NCBI GenBank assembly: GCA_951406725.2
Contig: OX597831.1
Span: 59,954,001-60,018,000 of the forward strand
Direction of reading: 5' to 3'
Length of the DNA: 64,000 nt
Origin: Octopus vulgaris
Taxonomy: Eukaryota
The stretch's first letter is position 1, and the number at the start of each line of letters is the position of its first letter. This document shows positions 29,152-43,920 of this stretch, one piece after another. Position numbers and translations under genes: made by a program. The notes below the pieces were generated by a model. It did no database searches, was not told the DNA's origin, and saw nothing but the letters and a program-made list of their open reading frames with translations.

Positions 29152-29559
29152 CTAGCCTAATATATCGACCCCGAAACGATGAAAGACAAATTCGACCTCG
29201 GTGGAATTTGAAATCAGAAGTATTCTTGTGTTATATTGAGATTTTATTACCCTTTTTTTATGTGCATATTTCGTTTGTTTTGAATAGTTGATTAGCTGAT
29301 AGTAAATAAACATATTCAATAACTCTTAACACGAGAGTAGGTAATAATGAATATTTTTAAAAAGAATAAAAGAGATGAAAGAGTTTAAAATTTGCAAGTT
29401 TATTGTTGTCTGAAAAACAAAAACAGATTAGCAATATTAAACAATATATTATGATGTAAAGATTGTTGTAGTTTCACAAATAAATCAAAGGCTGTAAATG
29501 TTGTGGGCTACTCAATTCAAGAAAGTTATCTTGTTTCCAGGGGTATACCTATCTAATAT

Positions 29560-30250
29560 CGCCTTGATTCTGTTAGTTGCAGTCTTATTTCTTTGCCGTA
29601 CTAGAATTCGTCTTTATAAGTCCTTTGTTTTTCTGTAATGCAATAGCCTCCTTCTTTTTCAGTGCCTCAATCAATTTCCAAATAGAGAAGTGTTGACAGG
29701 ATAAAGAATATAGCATTGTTCAATCCCTCTAAGATGCTATTAGATCTAGGCAAATGATTTATAACCCTTTCTCAAACATTCCTAGACTCGATAGAAAAAT
29801 TTGGTTCCATCCATATCCCTCTCCGTCCTCTTGCTTTGCCAATATATGTCATTTCAAAATAGGCGGTAAATTATTGGAGTAAGTCGCTGTCATCGGACAA
29901 GTCAATAAAACCGTCGACAACGTCAATTAAAGGAAGAACTGATAATGAAGAAAAACATCTGATTTTAAGATTGAAGACTTCATATTTTCTATACTGTTGT
30001 CTTAATCCTAAGTCACAAATTTTCTTTATGAAGGAGACGTACTTATTGTCAATTCTGGAAACATTTCTACAAAACCTTTCTATGCTCCTATTTCAAAGTC
30101 TGTCAGCAAAGATTTGGGATTAAGTTGCAACAAATCTGTAAATAGACGAATATATGCTTCCTTTTCTTACCTGGAAGAAAGCCAAGAGCTCTGGGAATGC
30201 TAAACGTACCTTCTTGCATAAGGTTACAATAAAGCTGATGACCTCCAGTA
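29560..30250 (-). pseudogene. Decayed MULE/Mutator-family transposase
   Basis: Minus-strand motifs in order: GTFSIP; LTDFEIGA*KGFVEMFP; LSVLPLIDVVDGF; YFEMTYIG; PNFSIESRNV*ERV..LPRSNSILEGLNN; HFSIWKLIEALKKK. Compare MULE DGTF, DFE, YFExTYIG, PRTNNxxEGWH and HPxIW. Confidence 0.85.
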
Positions 30251-30590
30251 TGTTTTTGGTTCATCGGCGTTTTTCCTTATGACAGTGGTAGCTAATTTTT
30301 TTCCACCAGTGCTAAATTTTCTAAATGCAGACATGTGTTTAAAATAAAACTTTTGAATTGTAAAATACAGAATGTATTAGACGCTTACAGTTCGCACGGT
30401 ACGAGTTAGCTAAAATTGCTAGCTAAAAAAAAAAAAATGGACCTTTTGTATTGATGTACAAATACCATAACTACCTATTTGATTAACGGGCTATAACGAG
30501 CAACAGTTGGAAAGTATAGCCCTGAAAAAAAGTTTATTAAAAAAATTGGAAATATGTAAAACATTTGTTTATGATAAAAGAATTACCAGA

Positions 30591-30700
30591 GGGACGCAGT
30601 TGTCCTCGGACGAATTTGTCACGAGACGCAAATGTCCAGGGACGCATTTGCCTGGTACGCAGTTGTTCGGGATTCCAATGTCAACTACGCAACAATCGGT
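30591..30700. repeat. Degenerate 15-16 bp tandem array (GGGACGCAGTTGTCC-like), probable subterminal repeats of the MULE
   Basis: gggacgcagttgtcc, cggacgaatttgtca, gagacgcaaatgtcc, gggacgcatttgcct, ggtacgcagttgttc; lies upstream of the minus-strand transposase. Confidence 0.7.
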
Positions 30701-30721
30701 TCACCGTGTGTATACATATAC

Positions 30722-30878
30722 ACAGCTGGCCTCTTTCAGTTTCCGTTTACCAAATCCACTCATAATGGTTTGGTCAAGTGTCTTCTTATTTCAGAAGACA
30801 CTTGCCTAAGGTACCACACTGTGGGACTGAACCCGAAAACATGTGGTTGGGAAGCAAGTTTCTTACCACACAGCCACG
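30722..30878 (-). mobile_element. 5' part of tRNA-derived SINE (family of 18003-18418)
   Basis: Minus strand gtggctgtgtggtaagaaacttgcttcccaaccacatgttttcgggttcagtcccac. Confidence 0.85.
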
Positions 30879-30960
30879 TATGTATGTTTGTATGTATGTA
30901 TATGTGTATGCATGTATGAGTGTATTTATATATGTATTTATGTATGTATATATATACATG

Positions 30961-31256
30961 TGGTGGAGGCGCAATGGCCCAGACGCGCGGTTGTAGGATC
31001 GCGGTTTCGATTCCCAGAGCGGGCGTTGTGAGTGTTTATTGAGCGAAAAGACCTAAAGCTCCACGTGACTCTGGCAGGGGTTAGTGGCGATCCTCGCTGT
31101 ACTCTTTCATCACAGCTTTCTCTCACTCTTTCTTCTGTTGGCCTGCTCGCTTAGCCAGTGGGATGGCTTCATTTGGAAGCTAAGACAATGCGAACCGCAT
31201 TGTGACCAGCGATGTATAGCAACATCAGATAGCCTGGTCGGTCACAGTGATCACAG
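30961..31256 (+). mobile_element. tRNA-derived SINE, second family (tail type A)
   Basis: ggaggcgcaatggccc...ggtttcgattccc head; tail cgcttagccagtggg...gatagcctggtcggtcacagtga is shared with 62783-62897. Confidence 0.8.
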
Positions 31257-31892
31257 TTATATATACATGTATACGTACATACATCCATATATATAAGTGT
31301 GTGTGTATATATTTTATGTCTATATATTACATATAAATAATATATATATATGTGTGTGTGCGTATATATATATATATATATATGCGTATGTGTGTGTGTG
31401 TGTATGTATGTATGTATAATGGGAAGTCATTCAAATTAGAGATTGGCTTTTGTTTACCTCTTAAAAACAAATTTAATTTAACAAAGAAATTAGCATAAGC
31501 AATTTTGAAGGAGACACATAACTAACTGCAGTATTAGAAAAACAATTCATTAAGCAACCTTACAATTGTTTCTACTCTTAAAAATGATTTAATTTTTCTC
31601 TGAGTAGCTTAAAAGTTAATATTTCCTGAATTTCTACAAATAAATGCAAACATAATTAACTCGGAACGCTTTATCACACCGATTCTCTTTACATTCATAG
31701 ATAGATTTTAAAAAGTCTAATTCAGCCATTTGTATGAACTAAGTGACGTTTTTCCTATAAATGAGCACATATTTTATGCATTATGCATCGATATTATAAT
31801 CCGGGAAGAATGCTTGGCTATAAAATGAGAATACTAGTTTAGTTTCTAAAATGAAGCGCGTAAAACTATACCCACGAATGCCCACATTGATC

Positions 31893-32655
<763 letters not shown>

Positions 32656-33033
32656 ATATATTCCTGAATTAATGCTGCCGAACGGAACTTATATCATCAG
32701 TTACATAATTGCGTTTGAAGGCAATTAGAATGATGTAAGCGTGTTGGAACGCATTCCATAAATGACACGCTATTGCAGTGAAAAGAAAGAAGCCTAAATC
32801 TTTTTTTACAGATGAGGTACTGTGTTGTATATAAAGCAATAATAAGTATACTCTTACTAAGGTAATCCCATAAACAGGCCTTCTCCATTTCATATAGGCA
32901 CTCATACTCACACAAACATATATAATATACACACATACATTCCCCCTCCACCATGCTTCCGGTCATTTCAGCAATATACATACATGTATGATGTAGCGCT
33001 TTCATTTCTTTCTTCGGAGTTTTCCGTCTCTCC

Positions 33034-33066
33034 TTTCCGGCGAAGAGCTATACTCGAAACGTCAAA
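33034..33066 (+). ncRNA. Minimal hammerhead-like motif with variant core
   Basis: UUU-CCGGCGA-A-GAG-cuaua-CUC-GAAAC-GUC-AAA. Confidence 0.5.
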
Positions 33067-33173
33067 CTCTCTCTTTTTACCCAGCTTCAAGTTAACACAT
33101 CCCTTGTGCAATAGTCTTGTTGTCTGTCAGTATATATATATATATGTGTGTTTGTGTATGTATGTATATATGT

Positions 33174-33235
<62 letters not shown>

Positions 33236-33236
33236 T

Positions 33237-33461
33237 ATTACGTTATATAATTAGGGTTCAGTAAAATCATTTACTTTACCACACACTCAACTTTTAGAAA
33301 TAGCAGCCAAAAAAGCTTAGCTCTTTCTTCTACTATAAGAAAAATCTGGGAGATTTTTCTTATAGTAGAAGAAAGAGCTAAGATTTTTTGGCTGCTATTT
33401 CTAAAAGTTCAGTGTGTGGTAAAGTAAATTATTTTACTGAATCCTAATTATATAACGTAAT
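33237..33461. repeat. Near-perfect palindrome, 111 bp arms, 3-nt loop
   Basis: Centre ...aagaaaaatct GGG agatttttctt...; about 4 mismatches counted by eye. Confidence 0.95.
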
Positions 33462-34312
33462 GTTTTAAATATACCTCAAATGCTCCTTTTACATACTGAG
33501 CACTACTTGGTAAAATTAATTAATTAATTGATTTTACCCTTTTATTATAGATAATATATACATATATATATATATATAGACATACATACATATATATATA
33601 TATATATACGATTATATATATATATAATGACAAAGAGAGGGAGAAAGAGCAGTTAAAGCCAAACTCGAACGAGTGTAAATTTTTCTCGGTCGTGAATTAA
33701 CCGTCGAATACCAGTAAACTGCTGCATTAAAAAAATATGGAATACGCTTCAGAGCATAATTAGCGAATGCGAGTTCCAGACGAATAAAGATACTATTCAA
33801 ACATTTTATTGATTATCGTCCAAATGTAATAAAAAAAAAGTTATAATTATAACAAAAGTAATTTAGTATAAAATGGGGCGGCAAAACTTCAAAATAAAAT
33901 TGAAGAATGTATCTCCTGCGTTTGATACTTTAGAAAACTAATGAGTACTAACGAGTAGCTTGCTACTCATGATCAGTCAGTCAGTTACGTACAAAGATGG
34001 AAATCTGTTTCTAAAATACATAGAAAAGTATCTAATGCAGTTAGCTGCTATTCAAGTAGATAATATATTGATCACGAGAACATTTGAATTGCTATAACTT
34101 TTGCTTGGCTTCTTGCCATTCTGATGATATCAATAGTCTAGTCAGTATATGTCTATTTGCCTAATTAACAATGTAAACCCGTGTTACTAATATATAATAG
34201 ATTATATAATACATATGCATGCATGTCTGTTAGCATATAGATGAGTTTATGTAGATTTGTTTTAGGTAAAATCGATTATTCATGTATGTATGAATGTTTA
34301 AAAAGACATTAC

Positions 34313-35400
<1,088 letters not shown>

Positions 35401-35431
35401 ATTATTATGTATATATATATATATATATATT

Positions 35432-35712
35432 TAGATTGCCAATTCTGATGTCTCGATAGGTGTCCCGCGAACCAGTCAGTCAATATACAGAGATTGACAC
35501 AATGAGCAGGAGGTGCAGATAATGACATTGCTCGAAGTGAATCTGAAAGAGTCAATGAAATGATAGGGTCGATGGTAGGTGACTGTTAGGAGAGTGGTGT
35601 TGGAGAGGTGAGGGTAAGTGAGCCAGCCTGGGCAGGAGCAGGGGGACGATCCGGTTTGGGCGGTGGGTTAGGGAAGAAACTATCGACCAGGAGGTCACGT
35701 AGATTGTGGGTT

Positions 35713-35715
<3 letters not shown>
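35432..35715 (-). pseudogene. Penelope-like element (Neptune-type) linker and GIY-YIG endonuclease fragment
   Basis: [12 protein letters not shown]...; YHFIDSFRFTSSNVIICTSCSLCQSLYID* resembles FTCTSSNVIYCIxCxxCxxLYIG. Confidence 0.8.
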
Positions 35716-35750
<35 letters not shown>

Positions 35751-35757
35751 AATATAG

Positions 35758-35803
<46 letters not shown>

Positions 35804-35871
35804 GTATACACACACACACATACACACATATATATATATACTTATGCATACATATATACATATAAATTTAA

Positions 35872-35913
<42 letters not shown>

Positions 35914-35917
35914 TTAA

Positions 35918-35970
<53 letters not shown>

Positions 35971-36049
35971 CATACATATACATGCATATAAGTTTACGAG
36001 TGCAATTTTGATGGTTGTGAGTGCGTTCGTGTCAGAATGAGTATGAATG

Positions 36050-36072
36050 TTTGCATATTTGTGTATGCCCTT

Positions 36073-36106
<34 letters not shown>

Positions 36107-36129
36107 AAGGGCATACACAAATATGCAAA
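36050..36129. repeat. Perfect inverted repeat (25 bp arms) centred on (TA)n
   Basis: tttgcatatttgtgtatgccctttg-(TA)n-caaagggcatacacaaatatgcaaa. Confidence 0.95.
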
Positions 36130-38715
36130 ATATATATATATTTACGCCGTTAATGGATACAAAAAAACACGCTGATACACACACTCATACATACCTTTCA
36201 GCGCACACTCAGAAGCTCGCCCGTATATCTACTCATTCTTTTGTTGTGTATGTTTCTAAATGAATGGTCTTAATGTTGTGTCTACTAAAATTGGAAGCGT
36301 TATATCATGGAGAATTTAGTGCTCGATTATATGTTCCCTACATACTTGCTATAAGTGTTAATGATATCATCACAACCCGTTTTAAAACGTTCTATTTAAT
36401 ATACGTAACATCGCTGTTAACGATGGAACATATAATACACCTAGGAACATTATTGCTTTCTACAGAAACAGTGCAATTAACTACTTTCTATCGGTTTAGA
36501 AAGATCTGGTCCTTATATTATAGCATAATAAATTGAATAATGGTTATTCATTCCTATGTATATCAACAGCATATAATGGATTGGGAATCAGCTTATAATT
36601 TACCCGATCTGCTATAAATGACACAAAATCATCCAAAATCTCAAATTAGTTTTCTAAATTAAATTTTATAAATACGTATCTGGGATACTTAGCATTTGTG
36701 TTATACATATCCTGGCTACACTATTTGAACGCAATTTTTGATAATCTGTTATTTTGGTCATCTAAGGGAGACATTAAAATTGACAATCACTTATGAAAAT
36801 TGTGATAGACTTGCCTCTTTGAAGAAAGTATCACTTTCAGCACGGCTACAGACACTCCTCGAATGGGAAACCAACATTCTTAGGTAGACATAGTTTTCAT
36901 ATTTGGAAAATAATCAGCTGTAAATATTTCAAAGAAGTATTCATATATTGTCTTCACGTGCTTTATTACTTTGGGTTTGGTTGGTCACAGCAAAATAAAT
37001 ACATTTTAATGTGTAGTTCCCCATGTCTATGTTCTGTAAAGATACACTAGTAAAATAATATAATTTAATACTAGATGGTCTTATTGATACAAATTTTATT
37101 CCTCCTTTACTAAATATTTTTCTAATTTCCAGTACGACAATTAAATCAACTTGTTCATATGCATTAAGCATTTCTCAGATTCAGCAGAAAATATTTATGT
37201 CTACGACAACACAACTGAGAAGCAGAATTAATCAATATAATGGCAGAGAGCCTTACAGCTATAGCTCATGAAGTAACACGCTCAGTAAATACAACATGTA
37301 TATAGTGGATAACAAATTAAGCACGAGACATCATTTTGCAAAGAAATGAAAGTTGAAATCAAATATGGCATTTGTTTATTGCAGGTGTTGGCATAATATA
37401 ATTCATTTACTTTTGTTAGTGTCTATTTCCTACTCATCGGGTTTAATGGTATTATTATTACGGGTTTAATGGCTTTATTATCACTTCGAATTTTTCCTAA
37501 TCAAGTTAATTACTGCACCACTGACAGCGGTAATTTGATTTCATATCAACAACTTGCCTTTACTGGCAGCCAATTGCATTTGACACAAATTAATTCATTT
37601 ACTGTTTACAGCTCTCAATAAACCTATTGTGAAGCCATCACGTTTTAACGTCATTAAAAGCCTTAACGATGCAATTGTTATATTGTCAATACACAGAAAA
37701 TTGATAAAGCTTGAAATTTCTAAGCTGACTCTCAAAGGAGTATGATTATCTAGTGTTAACATGCTCGTAGTTTTATTTTTCAATGAAGGCATGAGAAACG
37801 ATTTCAATGTAGATTCATATTTACCCTTGCTGTTACGACAAAAGTTACTGGAATATTAACATTTAACGCAGTTTCAAATAAGTTCAAGTTTCACTTATTA
37901 TCAATACAACAATCTTTACCCCAGCCAAATTTATTTCCAATGTTTTGGGTAAAATTAAATGGCTAAAAGAAAAGAAACAAACTCTGGTATACACCATTTT
38001 TGATCGCCCAAGTGAATTGATAAATCCATCAGTTCAGAAAACTTGAATGTAGCCCACAAATTACACTCTGGTGTAAACAAAAACACCTTTGAAACGAACC
38101 AGTAGATGGATGGTTCCATGTGCGACGTAGATATTCCTAGTACTGCGGCGTGGGGCCAAATTTGCATAAACGTGTAGAGTGAACTAAACAATTATGAATT
38201 TCCATATTCGTTCGAGTTCTAATTGCTTTATAATTCAGTTTGCATGTAATAGTGTTGGAAAAAATTAACCTATATAAATGGAGAGATACTATAGTATAGT
38301 ACTAATCAACTTATTCGTTACATGTTATAGTTTGTTCATTATACATGATTACGTTATTTAATCATTGTTTCAAATTGTTTACAGACATTAATTCAAAGCG
38401 AAACTATTTAGTTTGTAAGTAATGTCCCCTAGCTGACATTACTCATGTACATTTATAGATACATCCGCTGGTCAAAAACTCTGCAGTAGTGGCTAACAGC
38501 TTTCCAGTGACCATCAGGAGGTAGAAGGTTTCTCTAATTTTTTTAATGGATGTCAATAATATTCATCTCGTTGTACCAGCCAACTGTGACTTAGGTTGAT
38601 GGCTTAAAGTAGTAATACCACATTGACCAAACTCTCCCGCTCTCTCTTTCATGAGCGATTTTGATTTTGGATTACCTGGATTACAATAGCGATTACAAGA
38701 TTTTTGAGAGCCGGT

Positions 38716-38933
38716 TATATTTTTTCGATAGCGAGCTTAAAAAGTGATTCGTCTGGTTTACTAATTCCGTATTAATCCCTCTTTGTTCACACACACAAAC
38801 ACATACACACACACACATACACACACGCACACACACACTCCTATATTTGTGTGTGTATGTCTCAACGAAGAGGGACTATTAAGGGATTAGTAATTGAGAC
38901 GATATACTTTTAAGCTCTCCATAGATAAATTTA
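38716..38933. mobile_element. MITE-like element: ~75 bp diverged inverted repeats around (CA)n
   Basis: gagcttaaaaagtgattcgtct...actaattcc...tccctctttgtt versus aacgaagaggga...gggattagt...agacgatatacttttaagctc. Confidence 0.7.
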
Positions 38934-39365
38934 CGAGGGGAAGTCAAAAATTATCCGCAATTTCTTCATAGCATATTTTTATCATTATCACACTGCCTTC
39001 TGCGCATGCATGCTTATAGCTTGTACTCTTGTGGTCACGTGATCGAATTTTAAGCCTGATCGCGCGATTTTTCCCTCTGGCTTTACAGTGTAGTCATGAC
39101 TGCTCCACTAGAAATATGCAGCAAAGAAGAGCAAAGAGCAGTGATCCGAATTCTCTGGTCGGAAGATGTGTCAGGAGCTGAAATTCATGGTTAATGGTTT
39201 TGATAATCTGGGCAGCTGTGTCTGGGTGTGCATTGTCATGCAACAACAAAGCATTCTTCGATGATAAGCATCGATGTTTGGTGCGAATTACTGGGTTCAG
39301 TTTGTTGGCCAGCAAAACACTCTGTCTTGCACTGTTGATCGTACACCACTTTTCCAGCACCTGAC
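38934..39365. mobile_element. Rearranged mariner relic: left TIR and transposase N-terminus (+) joined to an inverted catalytic-domain piece (-)
   Basis: TA-CGAGGGGAAGTCAAAAATTATCCG terminus; plus strand MTAPLEICSKEEQRAVIRILWSEDVSGAEIH from 39096; minus strand LLLHDNAHPDTAA (mariner HDNARPH). Confidence 0.82.
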
Positions 39366-41229
39366 ACACACGGATACATACATACACACATACATACATT
39401 CAAACATACATACATACATACATATTGTGTTTGTGCTTGTGTGTGTCGCCGGTTTTAGTATCTTTATGTCACGTTAAATTACCGATTAAGCCAAACTAGA
39501 CTGCTACAATAATTACCACACCCGTAAAAAGGTAAATACATAACGGGATTGAATTTTTAAACTAAAATCTTCAAAGTTGTACCCCCGCCATGACCGAAGT
39601 TCAATAAATGGAACAAGGAAACAATATACGATATCTGTGTTTGGTTGTGTGTGAGCGTGTGTGTATGCACATATATTTGTACACACATACACATGTTTCT
39701 AGTATGAAAAAATATTAAATGTCCGGTTTTTGTGACTGTAGAAGAGAAAGCCACTCCCATATGCTTGTATCTAGTAGTTTGGATAAGTGTCATATCGAGC
39801 TGATTCAGGTATATTACACCATTTGTCTAGAGCGATAAATTTTCTCCATGTGAAAACACAGTGAATGGCTTGTTTACGAAGTCCGAACGTGTTACTGGCA
39901 TATTCGAACAAGTAATACACATCACTTTCCTCTCTCCCACCTCGTAATAATCATATTAAGTGTATAATAATGCAGTTAATATATTATTGTAGCAAGAGTA
40001 GTGTAATTATCGTCTACTTCTGGGGCAAACACAATGTCCCAGGAACCTGCAGCAAAAGGAATATGTGCAACATATTTTCATGGTTTGGTAGTTACGGGCA
40101 ATTGTAAATAAATATATATATGCAAATTAGAAGCAAATCAATTGGTTGGGAAGATATGTAAATTATCAGCTGCTTTTAAATGTCTACTATGAGCCCAGTG
40201 TTAAAGGGCAGTTTTGCTGTTGTATAGTGCGCTACATAGCGGATATCGTTGTAAATTAAAGTTCAAATTAAAACTATATCAATGTTGTGAACAGATGTAA
40301 GGGGGTAAATCTTGTTTCTGCGATTAAATGTGCTAAAAATCTGCAATGTTCGTTGATCAAACTAATTCAAGTATGCAAACTAGTATTCTAGTTATCAATG
40401 GTTTGACTGAGTATATTTTTATTATCATCACTTTTAGGTATGCATATGCAAATTGTCAGTCCTCATGACTAGAAAGAATTAATGAAGACACAATCTGACC
40501 ACAAGCTCATTAAATAATAGGGAACATGTCGTCAATATCTTTCCATACAGACTTCTGCTTTTAGTATTGCTATCTCAAACAGAAATTCGTATTCCCTTCC
40601 ATCGCATAATTCTAGGACATCTATAAATATATCGTATTTAGCAATTGGTAACATGTGCATTATCACTTGTGTATAAATGACATAATCACTAAAATTGTGT
40701 CCTGGTAATTCCAATGGTGTGTTTGGCGCCGGTATTCGCCATATGCTTTTCTTTCACTTTCCTTGTTTCGGCTGACATTGATACCGCTAGAATTATGTAA
40801 AATATTCATAAGTTTTATATTAACAACGCCCGTGTTAATAATTCTTGTAGCATTAATTATTAACGCAATTGTCATCATATTTTGAAAATTGTCAGCAATA
40901 AGAAATATGTTTTAATTTTCGTTAGTTTATCCGAAATGTTACTATCTGCCTAAATCGTCATCCTGTGCATCTGGAATGGCATTCCTTCCGTGAGAGCAGA
41001 TTGAAAATAAAGTCGCTCTAAATTTGCAATGAGAAAAAGCAAATCCTATTGTTGGAAATTTCTTGATGTGGCAGTTGCACAACAGATATAGAAATTTGAC
41101 ATTCTATTATAACCGAAATTGATAGTTCTATTATTTGGCGGTTACATTCAACAGCAGCGATAATAATAATTATAACAGCATTATTATAAAAACTAACAAT
41201 TTAAATTTTAGTAGCTGGAATAAGAACAG

Positions 41230-41255
41230 TAATGATGATAATGATGGCGACGACG

Positions 41256-41326
<71 letters not shown>

Positions 41327-41333
41327 AATGATA
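41230..41333. repeat. (GAC)n(GAT)n microsatellite
   Basis: Directly visible. Confidence 0.95.
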
Positions 41334-41900
41334 ACTATTTGAAGCTGTATGGCGAATATGAGGTGCAAGTTCCTTGGTTAATACAGTCTACTGTTTTAGT
41401 ACTGATGTTAAAATTGAATTCAGTCTCAATAATTGTGGTGTAATGAGAGTGAAAAGAGGTAAAGTGCAATCCCCCTGGATGGGATAGAATTACGAAATTG
41501 GGAAGTAATGAAGCCAAATGAAAAAGAAAGTCAGATGTACCTTGGCATATTACTGTTCAATCATATCATGGAAAACGAAATTAAAGAACTGCAGAGAAAG
41601 GCAACAAATGGTGTTGCGCTAAAATTTCACTGGACGGAATAAATTCCAAGCAGTAAATACATAAGCAATGGCATCTCTTAGATATGTAGTTGGAATCATA
41701 TATTAACAAAAGAATGAAATCTGAGTATGGATAAGAAGATACGTGCATTCAAGAAAGTGGACGAGATGTATTGGTGCCCAACTACCAGCTTGGCTCAAAA
41801 AGATTGAAACAAAAAGACTGGAAAAATGGAACTGCATGAGTGATCTGCGGGGTTCTTGAAGCTTGATTAGTAAAGAAGGGTTACTTTAGTTTGTAGCTCA
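41330..41900 (+). pseudogene. Decayed R4/Dong-like reverse transcriptase fragment
   Basis: LKLYG; FSTDVKIEFSLNNCGVMRVKRGKV; DGIEL; MYLGIL; GRNKFQAVNT*AMASLRY. Compare DDLKLY, FSxDIGMEFGLxKC, YKYLGI and NKIxAINTWA. Confidence 0.8.
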
Positions 41901-42053
41901 CACTTTCAATCATAGCCAGCTAAAGAAAGCTGAGATTTTTCATGATACCATGAACATAATGGCTTCAAATTTAAACACAAGGCTAGGAATTTTAACGGTG
42001 CGAATACTTTGTTTGCATAGGCCCCCAGTGCTCAACTGGTACTTATGTTATTA

Positions 42054-42286
42054 AGGCGGCGAACTGGCAGAAACGTTAGCACGCCGGGCGAAATGCTTAG
42101 CAGTATTTCGTCTGCGTTACGTTGTGAGTTCAAATTCCGCCGAGGTCGACTTTGCCTTTCATCCTTTCGGGGTCGATATTTTAAGTACCAGTTACGAACT
42201 GGGGTCGATGTACTCGACTTAATACCTATGTCTGTCCTTGTTTGTTCACTCTGTCTTTAGCCCCTTGTGGGTAATAAAGAAATAGG
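42054..42286 (+). mobile_element. Well-preserved SINE inserted into an older minus-strand copy of a related SINE (41961-42310)
   Basis: aaggcggcgaactggcagaaacgttag...gagttcaaattcc...gtcgactttgcctttcatcctttcggggtcga; the flanks ccccagtgctcaactggtacttat and cttattttattgatgcgaaagg join into the reverse-strand core. Confidence 0.85.
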
Positions 42287-43577
42287 TTCTTATTTTATTG
42301 ATGCGAAAGGTTAAATGAATGTAAGTATTTTTATTATTATTACTAAAGGTGATGATGGTTATGAAACAGACTGAGATCATAAACATTGTGATACTATATG
42401 ACAATAAAATGGTCTTCAAGGAAATTAAGAAATTGCAGCCTAGCCTCGAATGATGAAGTGATTATAGAAGGCTTACTCGACAATTTTCTTGTGGTAATTG
42501 GTTTTCTTGGCATAAGACCTATATTTCCAACTATAATTTTGCAAATAATCCAGACATGCTTCAGCGAATAATAGGTTTGAGAGTACACTCTAATGTGTTC
42601 ATTATAAATTGAAACGCAAAATTGTTTCATGAAATGTGGGGCAGTGATCATCTATCAGTTAACTATGAGGGCAAAGACCTCTGTGCAAAAATATTTCCAA
42701 GCATGGTATACTACTAAATGACGGCAGACGAAACTAAATTCAGTTGTATTTCAGTAGTCATAATTTTGTCGACTTTTCCTCGTTTGTTCCATCTTATATA
42801 TGTATTATCATAAATCCAGGCATACACACACAAACACACATACACACATTATATGTAAGTTGATTTATTTACATATCTATTGAACATGTTTCTATATAAA
42901 AAGAAAAGCTTTATATAATTCGTACTCATAATCTTATCCCCAATTGGACACTAAATAAATGTTTGAGAGAAGAAAATTAACGTTTCCTATTACATGTTGA
43001 TGGACTCAACATACAATGGCCAATCTGTATATTTCTATCTAATATAAAGCACATTGTTATTTAGAGGTGCAGCACGAACTATGAAGATAAAGTTTAAGAA
43101 CATAACTTTCTAAAATGGCCTCTCATCCACAAACCATAAGCAACTCGTAACTGATTAAATATCGAAGGCAGCAAATTTTAAAATAATGTAAAAATATAAA
43201 AAATAGAATCTATCCATGTTTCATTGTTATTTTTACTAAAGCAGGTTTAGGTTCTGCGGTGGATTATATATCGTAAATTTGATAAAATTTGTTCGCTACT
43301 TCGGAGATTGTAAAACATATGCTCGAACGCATTTGACGAATATTAATGAACGCAAAAAAGTACATTTTTCAGTATGCGAGCATAAGAAAAATCTATAAGG
43401 AGAGCAAGGAATAAAAAGAAAAAATACCTTTGGGTGATATGGGTGGGAAAGAAAACATTTGGCATCTGCTCTACAAAGAGACAAGTGTTTAGGTTGTGCT
43501 GAATAATGAGGTAGTTTAAGATCACTTATAGTGTGTTTCGTATTTATTTCCATTTGCACATTATTGAAACTGTATAT

Positions 43578-43636
43578 ACATACATACATACATACATACA
43601 TACATAGGTAGAGAACTAGGTAGCTAGATGTATCTG

Positions 43637-43688
<52 letters not shown>

Positions 43689-43846
43689 CCTATATATTTA
43701 TCAAACATACATACATACATAGGTAGAGAACTAGGTAGCTAGATGTATCTGTCTATCTATCTATCTATCTATCTATCTACCTACCTATATATTTATCAAA
43801 CATACATACATACATAGGTAGAGAACTAGGTAGCTAGATGTATCTG

Positions 43847-43891
<45 letters not shown>

Positions 43892-43920
43892 TTATCTATA
43901 TATATATATATATTTATCAA
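43578..43920. repeat. Three-copy higher-order tandem repeat with internal (TATC)n and (CATA)n
   Basis: ggtagagaactaggtagctagatgtatctgtc occurs at 43607, 43722 and 43817. Confidence 0.95.

Noticed and set aside
30591-30700. Short repeat array as a possible CRISPR
   Set aside because: No spacers, no cas genes and a eukaryotic context; better explained as transposon subterminal repeats
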